Below, piece after piece: positions 1 to 14,924 of a stretch of DNA of 64,000 bases. Under the pieces are notes generated by a model. That model was not told where the DNA came from. It made no database searches and worked only from the letters and a program-made list of their open reading frames with translations. How positions within the stretch are numbered: position 1 is the stretch's first letter; every line of letters starts with the position of its first letter. The stretch is from assembly GCF_006345805.1 (NCBI RefSeq), contig NC_043001.1:86924001-86988000 (forward strand). Reading direction: 5' to 3'. A program made the position numbers and the translations under genes. The stretch is from Octopus sinensis. Lineage: Eukaryota.

Positions 1-101
1 TATAACTTGTCTGTTCCAGTTCAAACAATTTTGTAGGCGCCCTGTTCAACGTTTCTCCGTATTTTTGTGCATCTCTTCGAGCCATTGCAGCTTCGAGAAA
101 G

Positions 102-102
<1 letters not shown>

Positions 103-132
<30 letters not shown>

Positions 133-155
133 GAGGAGGAGGAGGAGGAGGAGGA
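103..155. repeat. (GTT)n-(GAG)n compound microsatellite
   Basis: Direct tandem repeat. Confidence 0.95.
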
Positions 156-421
156 ATACACCAAGAGTTTCATGCTTTTCGAAACAAGAATCAGGTACAT
201 ATCAGAAAATATGCATAAAATATCTCGAAATGTTTGTAAAAACCTTCAGAATATTTACAAGCCCTAGTTTTTCAATTCGCTGTAACATTCCTAAATCTAT
301 CCTAATAAGTAATCTGTCAATATATCTTTACAGAGGTACTTGTGTTTGATAGACACGTGACTTAACTGCCATAAGGCTTTTAATTGAATATACCATAAGT
401 TTTTAATTCAACATTTCCACC

Positions 422-620
422 GGCGCAGGCATGACTGCGTGGTTAAGAAGCTCGCTTTGCAACTAGTTACTTTCTAGCTTAGTCTCACAGTGCAAGTATA
501 TATACATACTTCAAGTATAGACCAATGTATTCTACTATAGCCCGGAGCCGATTAACGCAGAATGAATGAATTTGGTAGACGGAAACTGTGCGGAAGTGTA
601 TCGTGTGTGTGTTTGTGTGT

Positions 621-687
<67 letters not shown>

Positions 688-1118
688 GTGTGTGTGTGTG
701 TGATATGTTTCAGCGGTTTAGAGTCCATTGTCAGAAGAAAGAGTAATCAATACTATTGCTTATTGCTGCTCTGGAACTCTGAAGTTTCGCTTGTATCATA
801 ACTTACCTGATGGCTCTGTGAATATAAAAAGCAAAACTCCAGGAGTCCAAGGTTGTAAAAGATTGAATCTTGTGCATGTGAGTGAGCGTGTATTTGTGTT
901 TGTGATTGTCAAACCCCACAGTGAAGTAAACCATCCAACACCAGTTGGATGGTTTGTTTCCTTGTGACTTAGTGGTTCGATAAACGGATTCCGATAGAAT
1001 AAGTACCAGACTTAAAAATAAAAAAAAGATACTGGGGTCGATTTGTTCGACTAAAAGCCTTCAAGGCAGTACCCCAACATGGTCGCAGCCCAATGACTGA
1101 AACGGGTAAAAAATAAAA
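422..1118 (+). mobile_element. tRNA-derived SINE family A (internal microsatellite), interrupted copy
   Basis: Head GGCGCAGGCATGACTGCGTGGTTAAGAAGCTCGC, body GGTAGACGGAAACTG, internal (GT)n, tail GATAGAATAAGTAC...GGGGTCGATTTG...GACTGAAAC. Same layout as the copy at 49783-50195. Confidence 0.75.
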
Positions 1119-2199
1119 GATGTTACAATATAAAGACCCTGAAAATGAGAGATGTCAAGCGTTTAATCTAACCACGAATAAATAAGGTATCAAAGGAATA
1201 GAGGTTTGTAGTCTATTTTTAGCCCTATACTGTACCTTAACTTGCAATGGCCCAGTGCAACTAACAAAATAAAAAGCAGTGTTACATGCAGTATCAGCAA
1301 AATAAAACTTACGAGTGTCATGGTAATTTCCAGCACTGAGATAGTTCTATTCCTACTCTTAATTTCAGCGCTACAATCAAAGATTGGACAGGAAAAGGAA
1401 TTCGTGAAAGTAATGAGTAAGCATTACTTTGTATCATTAATACAAAATATTATACACCACTAATCTAATGTCAGTCATACGATTGGAGAAAGTAAATCGT
1501 GAGCAGAATTCAAATGACTTAAGTTGCATAACTGCGTGCCATAATAAAATTCGTCTTTAAATTCCTACTCTGGATATAATCATATAAAGCTGATCATGAG
1601 AGAAGCATACATTGATCTTTAGCTTGATGCCAAACCTCAAAAGCAGTTAGCCTTCTTCTTTGTGAGTTATAAGACCAGAGAATAGTTTGAAAGAAAATTC
1701 ATGCATTTTTCTTCATTCTCCCACACTATATTTTTCTCTCCCTCTTTCTTTCATAGATTCTCTTTACAAATCTCTGACTCTGTTCGGAGATGCAGCGAAC
1801 ACATTTTCTCCCTCTTTGCGACACACTTTCTTTTCCTTATTTCTCTTCCCTTTTCACATCAATGAAAGAGAGATAGAACTAAAAGACTTACGAGCACTTA
1901 CATACCATGAGTAATATTGTGAGGTTGTCATTGTTTTCTAACCAATGCCAACCGTCTTTTATTTAGGAATAAAGAGAAGGAAAGTAGCAAGTATGTAAAT
2001 CGAAGAAAACATCACACACATATATATATGAGGAAACTAATGTGTAAAGTACTTATCAGCCCGCGTATACACATGTCAGCACGCCCATATGTGCTTGTAT
2101 GTGTGTGTGTGTGTGTGTATCCCACACACAAACATATATATACACACACATACACACATATATACTTATACTGTGTGTCAGATATGTGTATGTCTCTCT

Positions 2200-2760
2200 C
2201 TTGATATATATTATATAAAATCCGTTCTGTCTGTGTGTCTTCTAGGATTTCGGGCATCCTCCATCCGATTGCGCTCAAATTTGATATGTAGATACCGACG
2301 GTATCAGGGCGTGTATAAGTCTTGAAAAATTACAAAAATCGATTCCAGGTGAGAATGCGATCGATAAAGCCATTTCTGTCCTGCTTTTCTTCCGTCAACC
2401 TGTACATAACTGCACCTTCCATTTTTTGTTGTTTTTGTACTGCTTAAAAGCACGTTTCTTTCCTGCCAAGCTTACTATTTAAACCATGTTTGTGTTCTCC
2501 CAGTCAACAGCCTTATCATTACTGGTACTTTAAACTCTTCGGTTGCATATTTGTGTGAATAAAATCGTTTTTCTTTGGAATAGAAAAAAAGTCTATCTTT
2601 ATTTCTTCTTTTGCTGGTATCTCAAATTTAGGTTAAATCAGTGTTTCTCAAAGGGGAGGCCTATGGGACGTCAGACAAGTTGTTTTGAGAAAATTTGGTT
2701 TAAATGTATGACAACTCAGCACCGTCCATTGGACGGAGGGCGTTTTGCTCGTATATATAT
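2200..2760 (+). mobile_element. non-autonomous Helitron-like element
   Basis: Starts TATATAAAATCCGTTCTGTCTGTG and ends GGGCGTTTTGC. Matches the reverse complement of 19116-19487 in two blocks. Confidence 0.6.
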
Positions 2761-3239
2761 GTATCTGTCACAATTTTTTACTTGGTCTCTCTCTCTCTTC
2801 GTCCTCCTCTCTTTCTTCCTTAATGCGCGTTATGCACCTTTTGGATTCGTTTCTGGGAACATATCCAGAGACTTAACGCATATTGATAGAGAGATTACAC
2901 ACCACTATGCCGCACTACAACATGATACCTCTGTACTATATTATACACAACTGCACTAAACAATATCATACTGAGGGAGCCTCTGCATGGACACTCGATC
3001 TACAGAAAATAGCGGCTAAATCTTCAAATTGCTTTCAGCTACCTTGAAAATGCAAGGATACGTTGGACAATGTAGTCTTAAGAAAGCTGGAACTTCTTTG
3101 GACATCGATGTACTCGATTGATAGATAGTAGCTAAATCTTTAAATTACATCTTTAACATAAAAAGAAATTGAAGGAACCTTAGAAATACAAGCCATCCTC
3201 AACTTACGTCAGTGATTGGTTCCAATTCATGCGACTTAA

Positions 3240-3548
3240 CACGAAAAAAACGACGCAACATGAAAAAACATTTTAAAAACTTTATTCGTGTATGTTTCAA
3301 TATATGGTTCGTACATATTTGCGCATGTATTTTATTTGATTTTTTCACTTCAGTATTGATATTTAGGTCTTTTATTATATAGGAGTTTTAATTGTTACTT
3401 ATTTTTCGTTGTTATCCTGCTTTTGTACACGGACTTTTTTCAAATGGACAAAACCCTTTGTAACTTTCGTCCTGTGTTTTGTCCCTTTATGTTTTAATTG
3501 ATTTTTGTTAGCCCTTGCGGTCAATAAACGAATTAATTATTATTATTA
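3240..3548 (+). mobile_element. probable LINE 3' UTR remnant (L1/Tx1-type tail)
   Basis: Ends TTGTCCCTTTATG...TTAGCCCTTGCGGTCAATAAA plus an (ATT)n tail, resembling the tail at 21521-21556. Confidence 0.4.
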
Positions 3549-4526
3549 TGAATTTTTATGCTTTTAATTATATTCGCGGAGACCGACATAAAGTAGGATA
3601 AATCGACTTAAGTTGAGTTTTTTTCTGTTTTTTTTTTTCTCATTAATTTCTTTAAAAAATGGCATGAACTCGTCCTCTCTTCTTTTCTCTCACAGTTTCT
3701 CTACTTTCCTCTCACACGCCACACACACACATACGCCCCCTCTTCTCCTCTCCCCTTTCTCCTTCCCGTCTTTTTGTGTTTCCACTGGTATTCCATGACT
3801 TTTTCTTTCAATCTTTTTGGATTCCTCCTCCTCCTCCTCCTCCTCCTCTCTCTCTCTCTCTCTCTCTCTCCCTCTCTTTCTCTCTGCTATTTCCCCCCTT
3901 TAATCTATCTCTTGTTTCTTTTTCTCTTTCTGCATTTCCCTCTCTTTATCCACTACTATCAATTTTTCCCTACTTTCTTCCTACCCCCCCCCTCACTTAC
4001 ACTTATTACTACTCGAATGAACAACTCGAAATGTCGGATATCTTCGCAACTAATATTACACCCAGACGATAACCTAGTACGCTTGAATGTTCTGACCCGA
4101 ACACAGAATTAATATCTGAATGATTTAATTACATTAGATGCTTTTTTTCTTCTTTTTCTAGTCTTTTAATAGTCACCAGCCATTTATTAATCCGTCAAAG
4201 ACTAAATGAAACTGAATTTCTGTTGACTGAATTTCGACTTTTTATACTAAATCTGAAGAAATGCATTAAGTGTATTATAATGTTTACTCAGTTTTGTATA
4301 GTGAAGGAATGGATGGGTGGGTCAAATATTGTGAAAGATTTACAACCAAAGTAACGAAAAAGATTAACATGAGCAACTGTTGTGGAATGAATTATTTTAA
4401 AATAACGATAAGGAGCCATTGTGTTGTAAGTCATCTGTTAACTTCGCATTTGACGGCCCAGCACAGCAACTAAGTCTCTCACTCTAAAACTTTATTTATT
4501 TATTTATTATCATCATCATCATCATT

Positions 4527-4595
<69 letters not shown>

Positions 4596-5155
4596 GAGTG
4601 AGAGAGCAGTGCATGCCATCAAAGTGACATTGGGTGTAAAATAAACGAAGCCCAGTATACCCATCATGACCACCCGTCAGATAAGGGTACACTAGGCACA
4701 TGCATCACAACCATGTGTGCGCCGCGATATAGTGATCTCATATCAAGACAAACAGCACATGACCTTGCAGCTGGGGCCCAGTTAGAATTTTCTTCTGGTC
4801 GAGTAACCTATCCCGCTCAAAAGGTTCTTGAATAAGGATTGTTTAAGGATGTTGAACGAAACACCCATGTTTCCAGAGGTGAATTATCCAAACTCCGAAG
4901 AATCCCTCTCAACACACAGCTATGATGCTCCCCCACTACTTCTGCTCACGATCAGAGATGCACATATCGTCAGCCACTAAGGCACATGCTCAACTGGTAA
5001 AGGTCAAACAACTGATAAGCAAATCTGAGGTATTGAGCAGAATATTTGCTGTAGCCCATCTTTTCTACCAAGACAAAACAATGTACATGATAACACTTCC
5101 AATCAGTTAAGATCAGAAGCCATGAGAGCCACTGCCTGGTACTGCATCAGAGCAT
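4596..5155. mobile_element. ~560-bp non-coding element bounded by (TAA/ATT)n arrays
   Basis: Complex sequence with sharp junctions into ATT repeats on both sides and no meaningful ORF. Confidence 0.55.
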
Positions 5156-5176
5156 TTTTTATTATTATTATTATTA

Positions 5177-6747
<1,571 letters not shown>

Positions 6748-7140
6748 TACCCCGTATCGCGTCTCCCGAAAGCCATCTTCTGAACTGCAAATGGAATATT
6801 AATGTCTTGTACAATCTGCTAGGACTACCGTCTCTCGTCTCAAAAACTGACACGCATATTTCTTGTTCGTATGTGCCCTCTAGCTATCTTTAGTTTCTTG
6901 ACTCGCTGGCTCCCTGTCAGATTATACCACCGCAGCTTGTGCAGATGGGCCCGAAACGGTTGATTTCCTAGATGTATATTTTTCCTGTAAGCTTCTTTCC
7001 ACATCGCACTTGGAAATTTACGGGCTTCAACTTTGATTCTCCGTTCAATTTAGATAAGTCCTATTGTTTACCTGAACATTTTAGGGTAACTTGTTAGGGT
7101 TATATCTACAGGTTTTGTATCGAAATTATAGCCAGCACTA

Positions 7141-7500
7141 GGCGGCGAGCTGGCTGAATCGTTAGCACGCCGGGGAAAACGCTTAGCGGTATTTCGTCTG
7201 CCGTTACGTTCTGAGTTCAAATTCCGCCAAGGTCGACTTTGCCTTTCATCCTTTCGGGGTCGATAAATTAAGTACTAGTTACGCATTGGGGTCGATGTAA
7301 TCGACTTAATCCGTTTGTCTGTCCTTGTTTGTCCTCTCTGTGTTTAGCCCCTTGTGGATAGCTAAGAAATAGGTATTTCGTTTATCTTTACGTTCTGAGT
7401 TCAAATTCCGCCGAGGTCGATTTTGCCTTTCATCCTTTCGAGGTCGATAAATTAAGTATCAGTTGCGTACTGGAGTCGATCTAATCGACAGGCCTCCTCC
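7141..7500 (+). mobile_element. tRNA-derived SINE family B, tandem pair
   Basis: GGCGGCGAGCTGGC.GAATCGTTAGCAC head, GTTCTGAGTTCAAATTCCGCC B-box, GGTCGACTTTGCCTTTCATCC. The body is repeated from ~7375. Confidence 0.85.
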
Positions 7501-7637
7501 CCACAATTATACATATATATGTATACATACATCACACATAATGCATACATACATGCATGCATGAGTGCATGCATACATACATACTTACATACATGTATGC
7601 ATACATACGTACATACATAAATACATACATACATACA

Positions 7638-7671
<34 letters not shown>

Positions 7672-7845
7672 CATATATGCATACATACATACATACATAT
7701 ATGCATACATACATACCAAGACAGTCCATTAACGTAAGCGTGTTTTCTAGAAATACAGTACATCGCCACAAGTGACTCATCACGGTGGGACCTATATATT
7801 TACCTCCTCACAATAGTAGTCAGGAGTTAAAAAATAATCTTGTAA

Positions 7846-7901
<56 letters not shown>

Positions 7902-8657
7902 TGTGTGTGTGTGAGTGTGTGCGTGCGTGAGTGCGTGTTACGTTTTAGTGCTTTAAGGTCTAATGTTAGCAGAAAGAGTAATTAATACTATGAGATTAAT
8001 AATATTTTAATTTTGGTCAAATCAGAGTGTATCGCTGCTCTAGAACTCTGGAGTTTTGCTTGTCATACAAGCGAAACTTCAGGAGTCCAGACTTGCAAGA
8101 GATTGACTCGACCAAAATAAAAATATCATGTATACAAATTTAGAAGGTTGTTTGCTATGGCCAAGAAGAGAGTGACCATTGGTTTCGCAGCTATAAAGCG
8201 CTTAGCTGTATAGGCGGTACGTCTGACTTAAATGGCTCGAGGCACATAACCTATCTACAACTGGAGGGAGGAAAACGTCATGGTGAGTTAATTTTTTAAG
8301 CAAAACATCCGGAACAAAACTCTACTGGCAAAACCTGAGTGAGGTGGGGTTATCCCCCTTAAATCGGTTCCAGTTATGTCTACGATATCCTGTCAAAGAT
8401 GTCTGACGATGGCAGCATTTCCCTAGTCAGCAAATGAGAAATTCCATGTTTCTAACATGAATTTCCACTGATATGGGCACTTACTAAATATCTCTGTTTT
8501 AGAGTTTAAGAAGATCCACGGATCAAGTGAGTTTTCGCTTTGCCCGAGATTTGTTTGTTATGGCCGGTCAGAAAGTAACCGGTCATAATAAACAGCCTTC
8601 TAAACATTATTACTCTAATGTTTTAGGTGTGCTCCTTTTCGGATACATAAGCTACTG

Positions 8658-8744
<87 letters not shown>

Positions 8745-9479
8745 CATACATACATACATACATACATACATACATACTACATACATACATACATACATAT
8801 TTGTGTGTGTGTATGCGCACGCACGCGCGCGCGGTGTGTGTGTGTGAAACCATATATCTTCTATCTTTGTATTCTGTAAAATATTAACTCGTATCTTAAT
8901 CTATATGCAAGCTACATACGATCTGGGTCAGCCAATGATGCGGTAATGTTCTGACTCTGTCTTAAATATCTTTTAAGTGGCTTGATTATTTAAATCCCCC
9001 AAATCCAAAACAGTTTATAGGATTGAGAGGAAATGATGGTGCGCGCACGGACGGAATAACTTTTTTCACTAGTTAACACTACAATTTTCTGTTGTGGGGA
9101 GGGGTTACAGTGATGTGTACTGTCCATTTTCAGCTAATATCACATTGTGCAACCCTCTACTGGAGCTCCGTACAGCTTCATATAAATCAGATGTGATGAA
9201 GAGCCATTCAGAATTAAGTAAACTCTGCTTTCTCAGTCCTTTCGCCTTTTGTGCATATATGGGTTTTCAACTGCTGTCGACCTAGAACAGTTTGATCGTC
9301 GCCTCGTTTGATGCTCACAATGATGACGGAGAAGTTTTATTGTTCGTGGAAATGACACCACCTTATTACAAGAAATCTTTCCTCCTCTCTTTACTTCAAT
9401 CCTCAAAATCTTGCGGCGGATAGCCTTCCTAGAATTCAAATCAGAAATGTTTAAGTTTGAAAGCTAAACTATTTTGAGT

Positions 9480-9695
9480 AATTTTGGTTTCAAAGTTTGG
9501 CCAGCAAGTTCGAAAGTGGGCGCGAGTCGATTACATCAACCCCAGTGTTCACCTGGTACTTATTTTTATCGACCTCGAAAGAATGAAAGGTAAAGTCGAC
9601 CTCGGCGGAATTCGAGCGCAGAACAAGAAGACGGACGAAATGCCGCTGAGCATTTTGCCCAGCGTGTTAACGATTCTGCCAGCTCGCCGCCTTTA
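9480..9695 (-). mobile_element. SINE family B
   Basis: Reverse complement of the 7141 family (GAAAGGTAAAGTCGACCTCGGCGGAATT...TTCTGCCAGCTCGCCGCC). Confidence 0.85.
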
Positions 9696-9744
9696 TATCG
9701 GGTGATATTGACCAGAGACAATTGCCGCTGATGTAAAATAATAC

Positions 9745-10067
9745 TATACTAGTTGTTTTTTAAAAGTTTGGTGCTTATTCTACCGTCACCTTTTGTCGAA
9801 CCGCTAAGTTACAGAAATGAAAGCAAACATCGGTTGTCGATCGGAAGGAGGACAAACACAAACATACATACATATATGCAAACATGCATGCATGCATACA
9901 TACATACATACATACATACATACATACATACGTACGTAGTACATACATACGTACGTACGTAGTATATACATACACACATACATATATGCAAACATACATG
10001 AAAACATACATACATAAATTCATACATACATACATATATGCAAACATACTTACATGCAAAACATACA

Positions 10068-10099
<32 letters not shown>

Positions 10100-10113
10100 C
10101 ATACATACATACA

Positions 10114-10147
<34 letters not shown>

Positions 10148-10312
10148 CAACCGACGTCCCCACAGTTACCGTCTATCAAATTCACTAACAAGGCATTAAT
10201 CGGTCCGAGGCGATAATAGAAGACACTTGCCCCCAAAGCACCGTGTAGTGGGACTGAACCCCAAATAACATAGCCGCAAAGCGAGTTTCTTAACCAAATC
10301 ACTCAGCCATGC
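9745..10312 (-). mobile_element. SINE family A with expanded internal (TACA)n
   Basis: Family A tail and head flank ~270 bp of TACA repeat. Confidence 0.8.
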
Positions 10313-10757
10313 CTGTGTCTTTGAACATTCTAGAACATCTTGGTACGCTTTCAAAAATACTGGAATTCAACTGTCTTGAAAGATTGCCCTGATTGCGGCC
10401 AATGGCTGTGTATCCACATTTAATCAGATAATTCTCATCCTTCAACTTTTCCTCTAAGACATTATTCCTGTTGTAAACGTCAACTACGTTCAAATTTATA
10501 TAATATTCAGTTCTTATCTTTTGACATTTCATCGTTTCATGATTCATACACATAACCAGCATTTAACAAATTGTACATTATGTATATTATGCTGTGTTAT
10601 TAATAAACACTGTTGAAGATAACTCTTTCTCTTATTAATTAATTATTCAGCATGTTACATAACGCAACTATAACCTGACCGAACAGTAAAGGCGCCGTCA
10701 TGATACACGGCACGTCATAAGCATTTAAATCTAGCTGCGCCCATTCCCCTTCAGATT

Positions 10758-10773
10758 AGACGATAATTGATCT

Positions 10774-10823
<50 letters not shown>

Positions 10824-10856
10824 CAGACAGACAGACAGACAGACGATAATTGATCT

Positions 10857-10931
<75 letters not shown>

Positions 10932-10966
10932 CAAGCAGACAGACAGACAGACAGACAGAAAGACAG
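10758..10966. repeat. duplicated unit AGACGATAATTGATCTCTG-(AG)n-AAGC-(AGAC)n
   Basis: Two direct copies. Confidence 0.9.
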
Positions 10967-11354
10967 AGGTTCGCCTCCAATACAAAGTTCGGAAGGATGA
11001 AAGGTAACGATGACCTCGGCAGGTTTGAACCCAGACAGCGGAGAACCAGCAGAAACACCGAATGTCCGACGCTCTAACAACTTTGCCAATTTCTTGTTCT
11101 GTATCAAGGATTGGTTGAGTGTGGAACTACCAGTTCTCCATACCCTCTCTTCGCTCAAGAACGACAACTGTGAACAATATACCTTTGATGAATTGATGAA
11201 TGCAGTTTTGTACAGGGTTGCTCCTATATTTATTATAAATTCCTTATCCCCCCACCTCTCTCTCTCTCTTATTTTCGTAAACTAGTAAACTATTTCATTT
11301 AATATTGCTTTCATTATATCTTGATTATATATATATATATATATATATATATAG

Positions 11355-11385
<31 letters not shown>

Positions 11386-11410
11386 ATATATATACATACA
11401 CGTATATATA

Positions 11411-12269
11411 CAGGGTGCGATGGGTAAATTGTCGGCGCATGCGTATTGTTTGCTTTTGATTTTGTCCACTATACAGTATTGTCGGTTCGGTTGGACACCG
11501 TCTGTAAGAAAAACAGCACCATGATGCAATTCATTCTGCCAGAAATTTGGAATCGGCATACAGGGATGCTTGCCATTCGCGCCGGAAGCTCCAATACGAA
11601 CATTTCAGCGTGTTTGGGTGTCAATCTGAGGACATGTACCAAGAGTGATAAAAATCAAACATCTAGTCAATGTCATGGTGTTTGGAGTGATCACTAGTGA
11701 TGGCGACGTTATCCTCAATTCATCTTTCCATACAGCCTCAGACTTAACATGGAGACCTACATCAAGTTCCTGCTGGAAGATCCTATGTCTGGCAACAGGA
11801 CTCTGCACTATGTCACACAAGCAGGAGAACCCAGTCATAGATCCTATGTCTGGCAACAGGACTCTGCACTATGTCACACAAGCAGGAGAACCCAGTCATG
11901 GCTGTCACACAATTTCTGCGACTACATTACCCCTAACATCTGGCCACCTAACTCCCCAGATTGCAACCCCCTTGATTATTACGTGTGAGGCACAGTTGAG
12001 CGAGAGACCAATTCTTTGTAACACCACAGATGAGCTGAAGGTAAGGATTATGACAGCATTCACCAACTTAAACAAGGAGACCGCCCAGATGAGTTGCAGG
12101 AGATTCCGAAGTCGCGGTTGAAGCCAATGGCGATTTTATTGAATAAATTTACTCTTTAGTATTTCAAGACATTTAAAAATAATTTTGGTAAATATATCTG
12201 TTAAAATGGGATGTCAGTGTTATTTTCATTTTTGCATAATTTAGATGACAGTTTATTCACTGCACCCTG
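11411..12269 (+). mobile_element. Tc1/mariner maT (DD37D) element, internally deleted
   Basis: TA flanks and imperfect CAGGGTGC TIRs. VMVFGVITSDG and WQQDSALCH...WPPNSPDCNPLDYY give 37 residues between the 2nd and 3rd Asp. Confidence 0.9.
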
Positions 12270-12394
12270 TATATATATAATTTATTTGTCTTATATGATT
12301 ATATGTCTATATATGTATGTGCATGTGCGTACATACACATTGAAAAATCACAGTCTTTGTGTACAGCTATTACAATAGACATCCGCATAAAGGT

Positions 12395-12493
12395 ACATAC
12401 ATACATACATACATACATACATACATACATACATACATACATACATACATAAATACATACATACATACATACATACATACATACATACATACA

Positions 12494-12521
<28 letters not shown>
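12395..12521. repeat. (CATA)n microsatellite
   Basis: Direct tandem repeat. Confidence 0.97.
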
Positions 12522-12523
<2 letters not shown>

Positions 12524-12524
<1 letters not shown>

Positions 12525-13180
12525 TCGCATCACACTTTGAAGGCTATGTGCTTTCAATCCAGGACCAGGAGATTGCCAGAAAGCACCTGGTGAACAAGAG
12601 AGGCAGTGACGCCCTTGCAGTCCCTAGGTGCAACCGCATGCGTAGGCTATGTTATGTTTCTGTGGAAGACATTTGATTAGCAGCTGTCTTGAAATGTCAT
12701 CAAGATACTACTTCCCTATGCGGCACGATGTTGTTGCTAAAACAATTTACAATGCCATCCACAAAATAGACTGTCCTGAAATAAACTTAGAAAATCCCTC
12801 CGTTATGGATTACATTCATAAACACCAACTCAAGGAATACTGGTGGAATATGCCCATTAAAACTTCTGTCAAATGTAAGCATAACAGGCCGGATATTGTT
12901 GTTTGGGACAGAGGGGCAAAGGTATGTACCATCATAGAGGTTAGCTGCCTTGCAGATATAAATATCTCTTTGAAAATCAAAGAAAAAGAGGATATCGACC
13001 GGCTAATTTGTACATTACAAGTGCAATCTGTGAGTGGAACAGTAAAAATATGCAAGACTTTCTCAAGTACCAAATGTGAATTTTTCTGTGTTAACTACAT
13101 CCCAAAGATGGAGCCTTGTATCTCTGTTGGAAACCGACCCCCTCCTCAGTGGAAGATCTATAATAATTAAAAAATAGGAG
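12524..13180 (+). pseudogene. second RLE-type (R4-like) LINE 3' fragment
   Basis: SHFEGYVLSIQDQEI, HLISSC..RHDVVAK, NRPDIVVWD..IIEVSC, QSVSGTVKICKTF, with a frameshift and an internal deletion. Confidence 0.85.
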
Positions 13181-13219
13181 ACATACATACATTAATGCGT
13201 ATATACATACGTATATATA

Positions 13220-13288
<69 letters not shown>

Positions 13289-13309
13289 TTTATAAACATA
13301 TATATACAG

Positions 13310-13370
<61 letters not shown>

Positions 13371-13468
13371 GAAGCACACACGCAGACACGCGTACACATA
13401 TACATGTGTGTGTGCGTGTATGTATAGATATATGTATATGTAGGTATATGTGTATGTAAGTGTATGTT

Positions 13469-13562
<94 letters not shown>

Positions 13563-14924
13563 AGAGAAGGAGATGAATCAAATTGACTTTAGTGAATAAC
13601 TGTTGTTAATTGTTAAATTACAGTTTGCAGTAGAAAATTACCCTTTTCTATAAAGCCTCCTATCAACTAGTATTGTTCTTGTTCCACTTGTACCACCCCT
13701 CATTGGAGAATTAAGGGCTTAATCAGACGATGACGATCGGAAGACATTGTAGGTTCTCACTAAATTGTACGGAGGTATCATATTTCCGTTACGAGGCGAG
13801 GACAGCCTGATAATGAAATACTTGGAGATGTAGAAAGCTGGTAAAGATGAGATAAGTTCTCATGTGAATAATTGTCTCTTGTTGATTATTAAATTGTTAA
13901 TGATTATATTACACAGTCTGCAGAAAACATTTGGCATATTTTATAGAATTGATAAAATCAGAGAAGGGAATTAGCACATATCATCTGTAGACCTTTTCCT
14001 CTGCAAACTCTACGATAGGCATTTATACTTAGCTGTTCAATAGCCAAATTTTTCCCTCTTACCCAGGATCTCAGTTTCAACAGCCCTTCTGTCTTGTACC
14101 ATATAGACAGCCCCATTGCCACCAACAACATGCCTTCTCGTCCCTAAGAATGTGAGGATTGCCTGACAAACGTTGGGTTCCTCCCCATGGAGGCTTGTGA
14201 TATCATAGCTGTAGTAACGGTGATCTATCTTGGATTTTGGGCAGTTCGAAATTATGTTACAAACTAAGAGTTGTCCTAATTGCACGGAGCAGAGGTAAAT
14301 TTCAGAAACATTGAATTAAAGCTGAAACAGGGTAGAGGGAACACTTCAGATCAAGAAAACTGCCTTCTTCCTGTCGGCGACAAGATAAAATAAACCCAGT
14401 TCAGACAGGAAAGTATTTAGTAGCAAGGAAAGCATCCAAACCAAGCCAAAATCTTGACAGTCACAAACACAACAATAAACCCTAATTGCGAATACAATAC
14501 TTAAATCAAACATGTTGGTCATTTCTCGGTATTTGAAGGGCCATTGGAACAATGCTTCAGTTTTTTTATAGTCCGGGCTTCTACCTAAAAACAGCAAAAA
14601 GTACATTTGCCATTGTCAAGCTGAAATTAATATATTATAAGCACTCTAAGCAGCGACAATTAAGATTAAGATGTGTATACTTATATTTAGAACGCTCGTA
14701 TTTACTCGAATGTAGAGAGATGTCTGCGCTAAACGTCACAGGGAATTTTTTTTTTTTTACTCATATATCTTGTGTGCAAAAGCACGTCGAGCTAGTCTCT
14801 GAATGACGTCATCGAACTGCTAAGCACGTGTTTCAGAGTGCGCTTCCTTAGTTACAGGTACCACCCAGCCGGAACTTCTGTTCCTTGAAGCAGTGTCTGT
14901 CACTGCTTCGTATACTGGTAGAAT

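Noticed and set aside
6750-7100. Partly open frames on minus next to the Dong element
   Set aside because: Several stops and no motif I can assign
14037-14285. 82-aa ORF with an internal GTAAG as exon 2 of the putative minus-strand gene
   Set aside because: The open frame needs phase 1, incompatible with a phase-0 ATG|GT exon, and no homology was recognised
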